A DNA stretch of 64,000 nt from the human T2T-CHM13v2.0 reference genome, Homo sapiens. Under the pieces are notes generated by a model. That model was not told the DNA's origin and did not search any database. It worked only from the letters and a program-made list of their open reading frames with translations. The stretch lies in the NCBI RefSeq assembly GCF_009914755.1, contig NC_060934.1; one strand, written 5' to 3'. This document shows, piece by piece, positions 55,340 to 64,000 of the stretch (positions are counted from its first letter, which is position 1; each line of letters opens with the position of its first letter). Both the position numbers and the translations under genes were made by a program.

Positions 55340-56884
55340 CCAAACTCATTTTAGAATCACAGTGAGTGACAATTAAAACTCAGCCCTTTCTGTTTTAGAT
55401 TGACATCTAATTCATACTGTTTGTAAATGTTGTTTCTTTTATTTCCTGGAAGGTCTTCTGGAAGAAAATTCTTTTTTATAGGAGATCAATTTTAAGAATT
55501 AATTAAATATAGTTCATGTAGAAAAAGCAACTCAAGAGTTTCTTTAGGATGATATCATTAAAACATGGAGAAACTTCTGGAGAATAATTTGGTCCATTTC
55601 CAATTATAAATCTTTGCAAATTCCATAAAACCTCTATTCTTTAGAGCTTAATATGTAATTGAAATAATTCATCTGCTGTGAGGAGAAATTTTGGGTGTAG
55701 TAGAGAATCCCCTATTCTTTCTATAGAATAAAAATTCTACTCAATGAAAAGATGATCGTTCAATTTTTGAGAACTATACTCAATCAGTTTATAGAGTGGC
55801 ATTTTGAAGTGAGTGTCACTAATAGAAGATTATATTTCAATCACAAGCAGGAAAGCAATTTTATTGTAGAATGTACTTGACTAATGTCAATGTGGCCAGA
55901 GCCAGGCTCTGTGTTCATAGCCCAGCTCTAAAATTTAGAGAACACAATTTTGTGAAAATTATTGAACTTCTTCAAGCTAAAATGTCTTTATCTATAAATC
56001 TGGCACCATAATGGTACTTATCTCATAATATTGTTGCCAACAGCAAATGAGATAAACCACGTAAAAGGTTTGCTATGAGGCCTGGCATGTGGAATGTGCT
56101 CAAATTGTTACTCTAACTCTTTGTCAGAGGCAAAGGGAATCAACATTTTTTTCCAGAGAAACCACCCAAAATAGCTATGAGAAAAGAAAGATGTTGGGGA
56201 TTAGAGAACAGGAGCTGACTCACATAAAAGAGTTCACAGAAATCGTCACTGGTAGGGCAGATGGGGAAGTGATGAATTCAGTGAGGAGGTGGAGGCCAAT
56301 CCTCGCAGTGTGTTGCTATGACAACTTGGGCATTGTGGAGACTGAGGCATCCCGGACAGCCATGCAGAAACCAAGGCGAATCATCCTGTGTGGGGTGGAG
56401 ATAAGCATGCTGTGTGTGTGGAAGGGATTGCGGGAGGACAGATCATGCAGGGGACAGCAGCAAAGAGAGTTAGGAAACCAGAGGCTGTTAAGGCTGCCAC
56501 GGTGAGGTGGATAGAGTCCACTGGCAAGCAAAGTGGCTCTCATGCTAAAAGTGAGCAGCATCTCTTCCTGTTGCAGCCTCCCTTCCCCTTTGGGTCCTAC
56601 CCAGCCCTGTAGTTCCTGCTGCTGAATCACTGGAGATCCAGAAGGACGGGACCTAGGGAATTCTCAGGGCATCTGCTCAGATGTTCCCCACCCCAAACAA
56701 CCACCACAGCAGGATCTGTGCAGAGGCCTCATTAGGGTGATTGTTAAAAATGTTGTTGCTGAGGTTTGCACTCACATCTCCTGGAAAAACTTGGAACTTT
56801 ATCCAAGTTTAGGTTACTTTAAATTTGAAGGGCTTTGAAATGTTCCTGTAACAACAGTAGAAATTGCAAAGCAAGAATCACAGA

Positions 56885-57192
56885 GGCTGGTTGTGGTGGC
56901 TCACGCCTGTAATCCCAGCCCTTAGGGAAGCCGAAGCGGGTGATCACTTGAGGCCAGGAGTTCAAGACCAGCCTGGGCAACATGGCAAAACCCTGTCTCT
57001 ACTAAAAATATAAAAAATTAGCCGGGTGTGGTGGCGTACGCCTGTAGTCCCAGCTACTTGGAAGACTGAGGCAGGAGAATCACTTGAACCCCAGGAGGTG
57101 GAGCTTGCAGTGAGCCGAGATCGCACCACTGCACTCCAGCCTGGGAAACAGAGCAAGATTCTCTCAAAAAAAAAAATAAATAAATAAATAAT
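56885..57192 (+). mobile_element. Alu (AluS)
   Basis: TSD aagaatcacagagg. Confidence 0.95.
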
Positions 57193-58758
57193 AAGAATCA
57201 CAGAGGAGATACAGCGCTTCCATTGTGGATAAGCAAAGCCCAAGGGGGCAAATGCAAAATCAAATCATGGTGGATAAATGAGGCAAATGTAGAGGAAGGC
57301 TGATAAGCAGAGCATGGTTGATCCCAGCCGACTCCAAGATGGCCCTTGGGAGGCTAAGTCCCCTCCATAAGGCACATGGCCACTCATAGCATGCTCCCTG
57401 ACATAGGCACAGAAAAAGCCGCCTTGCCATGTGCTGACAGGGTGGGGCAGGAAATATGAAATATCATCTAAAAGTAACAATTACTCATAATGTTGGGCTT
57501 TGCATGAGAGCAAAAAACCCATCGAAATACCACATTTTGAGTTACTTGGTGTCACCCTGAGTTACAGGTCTGTCTCATATAAAAACCAGCGTTTCCTTTC
57601 TATGTGGTGGCTAGTTGCTGTCTGCTCTTACTAGAATTTACATTTTTATTCTGCTTTCTATATATTACTCCTATTAGAAGCCACAATTTGAGTCTTTTTA
57701 TTTTTTAAATCATTGTCCAATCATGGGTGTGGGAAAACATTTAACTACAAAGATACTTATCTCAGAACTGTTTCTAATGGTGAAGATTTGAAAAGATTCT
57801 AAGTGTTTCACAACAGGAATTGGTGGCTGTATTGTGATGATGGGATGAGCAATGTTGAAAATGACATAATAAATAACATGGGGAAATAGTCACAAGCTAT
57901 TGTTAGGTGAAAAAAGTCATTATGGGTTAGTATGTACTGAATAATCTCCTTCGAATATTAAAATAAAATAAATATACAAGGAGCGATGACAGGAAATCAA
58001 TACCACCAAATATTAGTAATAATGATATAATTTAGGATTTTTTAATCTAGCTTTTTCTACATTTTCCCAATTTCCTATAATGACTATAAATTCCTTTGTG
58101 ATCTGATAAATTTATTTTTAAAGCAATATCTTTGGGGACCTATTGACATGGCAGTAGAGATATGCATTAGTAATGCTTCTCCAATCTCAGAATTTCATAC
58201 CCTTTTAGACTGTCAAATAAACACCTGGCCTACTAAAAATATTAAATTGTCTATCTCCATAATCTTTTCTTAAGTATCTCAAGGTTATATGTAAAAATTA
58301 ATCCACTGAAATGTTACCATGTAAGGTAATCTGCTCCAGCATTAATTTAAAATCATATTTTGCCTATAATGCTTCCTTTTATCATAACTAGATTTTTATT
58401 ATTAATTAGGCTAATTATTTACAAAAAATTATTTCTTTATTCCCATGATGTGACTATCACACATTGCACGCCTGTATCAAAACACACCATGTACCCCATA
58501 ATATATACACCTATTAATTACCCACAAAAATTAAAAATTTTAAAAATAATAATGTCTTCAGATGTTCAGGGACTGACGGTTTCATGTAAACATATGTTTC
58601 GATAGTCACTGATGGAGCAAGGGCTCCTAAATCCCTCCCTAGTGGTAAGTGAAATGCTTTGAAAGCTAAGCATACTCTCCTGTGTATACATGAAAATTTA
58701 ATTCCATAAACCTCAGCCTTCCCTCTGCCAATTATCCTGCTACAGTAAAACACTAAAC

Positions 58759-58760
<2 letters not shown>

Positions 58761-58794
<34 letters not shown>
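58761..58794. repeat. (TTA)n microsatellite
   Basis: Read directly. Confidence 0.95.
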
Positions 58795-58969
58795 GCCTCT
58801 TAAAATTCTCACCACCTGCTGCAGATGGTCTCAGGAACAGAGAAGAACCTGGTTCATAGAACAACGTGAAATCATAGACCTTTGAGCTGGAAGAAGCCAG
58901 AGGACTGCCATCCGGGCTCTCCCTGAAGACAGTGAGATCAGGAAAAGAAAGTCTATTAAATAAAGAGCC

Positions 58970-59295
58970 TGCCGGGTGCGATGGTTCACGCCTGTAATCC
59001 CAGCACTTTGGGAGGCCGAAGTGGGTGGATCACGTGAGGCCAGGAGCCCGAGACCACACTGGCCATCAAGGCGAAACCCTGTCTCTACTAAAAATACAAA
59101 AATTCGCCAGGCGTGGTGGTGGGCGCATGTAATCCCAGCTACTCAGGAGGCTGAGGGAGGAGAATGACTTGAATCTGGGAGGCGGAGGTTGCAGTGAACT
59201 GAGAATGCAACACTGCACTCAAGCCTGGGCAACAGAGTGAGACTCTGTCTCAAAAAAAAAAAGAAAGAAAGAAAGAAAAAATAATAAATAAATAA
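58970..59295 (+). mobile_element. Alu (AluS)
   Basis: TSD taaataaagagcc; compound A/GAAA/TAAA tail. Confidence 0.95.
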
Positions 59296-60503
59296 ATAAA
59301 GAGCCAATGTAGGAACTGCAGGGTAAAGACGTGTTTAAACAAAATTCTGTAATGTTGCAATTGGAAATCTTTCCCATTTTAAAAAGTAGAAAGTCAATAT
59401 AGTTAACTGAAACCCACAACTGTGATTACCAGTGTTTAAAATTTAGCATTTTGCTCAATGCATGCTTATTCATACCATGAGCCTGTCTGATAGTGGAAGA
59501 GACCTTTCGGTTGCCCTGCCTTTCGCCAGTCTGAGGAGCAGAGCAACCTGAGGTCAACCAGGAAAGGCAGTGTGCATAGGACAATTCAAGTTCTGAGCAT
59601 CTAATGGAATTTTTACTGCTTCAGGGTAGTTCAGAAATTATTTTAGGTTTGATTATTATTCATCCTAATTCTGTCCTTCATGTTTGAAGAGAGGAAACAC
59701 GCAGAGTTTCTTTTGAATCTGAGAGCAGAGGCTCTTTTGAAGGTTGGAACGTTGGTTCATTAACTGCTGCAAATTAATGCAATCATACGAAAATCCTTCA
59801 TTGTGAAAGATGGTCAGAAAAGATCAGCATTTCTTTTTAAGGAAAGGGATTCTGATCACACTGAAATAACATTTCTTCTTTCAATTTTTTATAACTAAAA
59901 AATCACATTTTACTCAGGCAATCTTAAAACCAAAATTTCTTCTAAAATGCCTCATGCTAAACTCAACGACACTACAAAGCATCTGGCTTCGCTAACTAAT
60001 GGATATACTTCATTCTAAACTTTTTTTGAATCCAGGTATCATGCTTAGTACGGTGCTAGACTCATATCTGGTATCAAGTTATAAATTGAAATGTTTGGTA
60101 AACTCTTCCCAGCTTTTATGCATGTTTTTGAATAGCAGCTGAACTTAGAATTGTAATAGCTTATCTCTAAGCTCTAAGCAAAATGCAAAAGTCCCAGAAG
60201 CAAACTTCCTCTGACAGACAGTTCCAGGAAGCATGACTCATCTGCCCAGGAAGCGTTGGCGGTGGAGCCATAATCAAAGTCGGCTCAGATCCACCGCTGC
60301 TCAGACAAAATCTCATCTGCTTCTCTGCATCTCGCCAACTGGAAAACAGGATTTTATCTACAATCCCAGTGGCTTTTGTAGGAAAACTGGGAGGCAGGAG
60401 AAGCAGCACTGCTTTCAACACAGTGGGGCCAATTGATGTTAATTACAACTGGGAAGGCTGCTCTGGAAACCACAGATTTATTTACCACAAAATGCTATAG
60501 AGC

Positions 60504-60891
60504 AAGAGCCCCAGTCCCCAGACCAGTACTGGTGGCATCAAACTCTCATAGGAGCATGAACCCTATTGTGAACTGCACACGCGAGGGATCTAGGTTGCGT
60601 GCTCCTTATGAGAATCGAATGCCTGATAATCTGTCATTGTTTCCCATCACCCCCCAGTGGTACTGTCTAATGCAGGAAACCAAGCTCAGGGCTCCCACTG
60701 ATTCTACATGATGGTGACTTGTATAATTATTTCACTATATATTACAATGTAAGACTAATGGAAATAAAATGCACAATAAATACAATGCACTTGAATCATC
60801 CTGAAACCACCCTCCCACCCCACCCCCGGTCCGTGGAAAAACTGTCTTCCACAAAAACAGTCCCTGGTGCCAAAAAGATTGGGGTCTCCTG
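60504..60891. mobile_element. MER1A-like hAT MITE (internally deleted)
   Basis: gagggatctaggttgcgtgctccttatgagaatc and gtccctggtgccaaaaagattgggg. Confidence 0.8.
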
Positions 60892-61043
60892 CTTCAGAGC
60901 ACAAAAAAATAATCCATGAGACTATGTTTATGTTAAAATAACCATAGATAATATGTATTAGCACTTATTCCATGCTGGTCATTATTCTAATTTAAAAATC
61001 CTAGCAGCTCTGTAATGCAGGTAGTATTGTTATCTTCATTTTA

Positions 61044-61478
<435 letters not shown>

Positions 61479-64000
61479 TTAAACTCCAGGATACAGAAAG
61501 TCTTTATTCTCTGTAATAATAGAGAGTAACCAAAACAATTTTTAAAATGATAGGGACAATACGAACACTCCTGTTAGTCACTGAAATTAAAATTTTTTTC
61601 ATTATTTTTCTTAACGGAGCTTTGAGTAAAATAAGTGGACAAAAATTGTTGGTTTTATCATTTGTCATTTATCCTTAGTGAGAAGTGTCAAAATGCATTA
61701 ACCATGCAGGCTGCAGGCAGAAAACAAGAGGAAAATTAAATGTCTTGAGAAATGAATCATTAATTATATCTCAACCTAAAGAATTGAAGGCTCTCTATTT
61801 GTGAATTTCTCTATACCTTACTGAGATGTTTCTCTTACATCAGCATCAGTGCAAATAATAACAGTGAACATTTATAGATTTGTTCTCTATTTGCCAGACC
61901 TTGTTTTGGCTCTTTACATATATGGATTCATTGACTCTTATTACTCCGTTTTACAGAAAGGGAAAGTGAGGCACATAGACACTAAGGAACTTGCCCAAGG
62001 TCACCTAGCTACTAAGTAGTGGAGTTTGGGTTTAAACTTCATTCTGAAGTTACCTGCTTCACTCTGAAGCAGGTACAGAGACTACCAATTTAGCACATTC
62101 TATCATATGTCTGGGTGCCTAGAAGACATTCTCTTGCGAACGAGTGCTAGAGGACTTACTACATCTTTGTCATTAGCATCCCATGGTAGTCACCAGATAG
62201 AAGAGTGCTGGCTGAGGCAGTTCTAATTCCAGTGACTCCCCTCTAGAACAATAGAAAGCACAGTGCCTGGAGCTGTTTTCAATAGGGAGCTAAAGACTGG
62301 CGTTTACCTTTAAACCAAGCAATTTGGAAATTGAAGAATCATCCTTGGCACCTGTTTGGAATCTGTTATGCCATCATGTGACCAGCAGTGACGTGCACTG
62401 CAAACACAAACACTGATTTACGCTTCGCTTACTAGAGCGGATGCAAGGTCTTTCCAAGGACAGAAGAAATTTGCCTTTAAACAGATTCGGAGAGCACAGA
62501 GAGAAAGCAAAGCCCTTATGGAGAAGTCCATGGATCGAGTTAGGGAACTCGGAAGAGAAAGAAAACAAAATGTGAACTCTGCCTGGAGAGGAAGATAGAC
62601 CTCGCCAGGGAGGAGCCACTGCTCCTAACTGGCAGGGCACAAGGAATGGAGATGGCATTTGCAAGAGATGGAGGTCAGCTGGTGTAAGGGTGAGAAACCA
62701 TTTCCTGAAGTGTCCCAGGAAGAAGCTGAATGACCAGGCAGGAGCTGGGCTCTCTCCAGAAGGGGCGTGGAGGGGAGTAATAAGCATTTCCTGAGGACTC
62801 AATATTTTCCAGGTGTGTGGATTATTATCTTCATTTTACACACGAGAGAACCAAAGCAGCCAGACGTTAAATTCCTTGCCCAAGATCACAGCTGGTAAAG
62901 AGCTTTGGAGCCAGGTGGACTCCAGAGCCCACACTGTATTCGTGCAGCACTGAGTGTGAACGTAGTTTCATCACTTCATGTAGTGATGACACTTCCTGCA
63001 CTGAGTATGGTTCCCCATCTCAATCCCTGTTCTCCTGTGAGCATACTTATACTCAGTTACTGGACTACTATGAGGACAGACAATTATATCTATCAAAGTA
63101 TTGGTAGTAGTGTCTAGCACATGATGGGCATTCCATTAATGACAAATATTACTGTAATTCTCAAAATAACATCTGAGATGCGAATAACTCTCTAATGCCT
63201 CATGAACTTCAAAGTTTGCTTGTTTGTATGAGGGGAAAATGAAATAAACTTGGAAAATATCTCTAGAATAATGTTTTCCTCAGAATGTTCTATGGAATAC
63301 AAATGTCCAATAGATGTTCATTAATCAGACTTCTGGGCAAGGATAATCTCTTTGGGACTAATCTCCCCTGGTGGTTTTCCCTGCGTCCAGTTCTATCTAT
63401 CAGGCTATATTCTGATGTCTCCCTTTCCTTCATCCTGTTGTTATCCATCTCTGTCAATTGTACCTCCTAAGTGCTCTGAAATCATTCGATCTCATGCTTC
63501 CTCCCCAGCAATGGTGAAGACCTGGAGTTCTCTCTCCCTTGGCCTATAGCAATCCCCTTACTGGGTCTCCACCGTTACTCTTACCTCCCTCCAGTTTATT
63601 CTGGTAGCCAGAGTGATTGTTTTAAAAGTGCAGATCTGACCACATCCTTGAAAGACCTCCTGCTGCTCTCCAGGAGGTCTCTGAAACTCTTAATGTGCCC
63701 ACCCTGCTCTGCAGGCCAGGTCCCTGTCCACCTGAGAGCCTCACACTGCTCTCCTTCCAGTCCCTCACATCTCAAGCCTCCTGGCACCTGGTGTGTTATT
63801 CATCCTCAGGGAGGCCTTTCCTGACCCACAAAGGAGCTCAGTTCCCATCTCATGCCTTCTGGGTGCACTATAATTGTCCCTCCCAGCACTTAACGCTGCC
63901 TGTGGTTAAATTTTTATTGTGTGATAAATTGATTAAGGTGTGTTTCCTCCATCATGACAAGGAAAACTGATGCTAAAACAGTCACATGTCCATAGCCTAA

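Overview
Human (or very close great-ape) genomic DNA, entirely inside the cubilin gene CUBN, which lies on the minus strand. Four intact coding exons with canonical AG/GT boundaries are present: 50517-50367 (151 nt), 21047-20866 (182 nt), 14809-14635 (175 nt) and 13184-13015 (170 nt). They splice into one open frame covering the end of CUB8, CUB9 and half of CUB10 (exons 28-31, about residues 1340-1565; numbering from memory). The rest is intron filled with Alu, L1, L2, MIR, MLT1, MER50-like LTRs and DNA transposons. The 29.3-kb intron right after the CUB8 exon holds a two-LTR HERV9/LTR12 provirus (41722-49509) and a solo LTR12 (31410-32122), both in the same orientation as CUBN. The main observation is a textbook 3' splice site (CTTCTCCCCTTTCTAG|GT, 42784) inside the env remnant, just before the transmembrane helix and in the same phase as the exon-28 donor. 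Using it would give an NMD-immune terminal exon fusing cubilin CUB1-8 to a retroviral TM helix and tail, polyadenylated in the 3' LTR. The 5' LTR has lost its R-region AATAAA, and the proviral splice donor is in frame with exon 29. All isoform proposals are inferences from sequence and need RNA evidence. Repeat family names come from recall of consensus sequences, and old-repeat boundaries are approximate.
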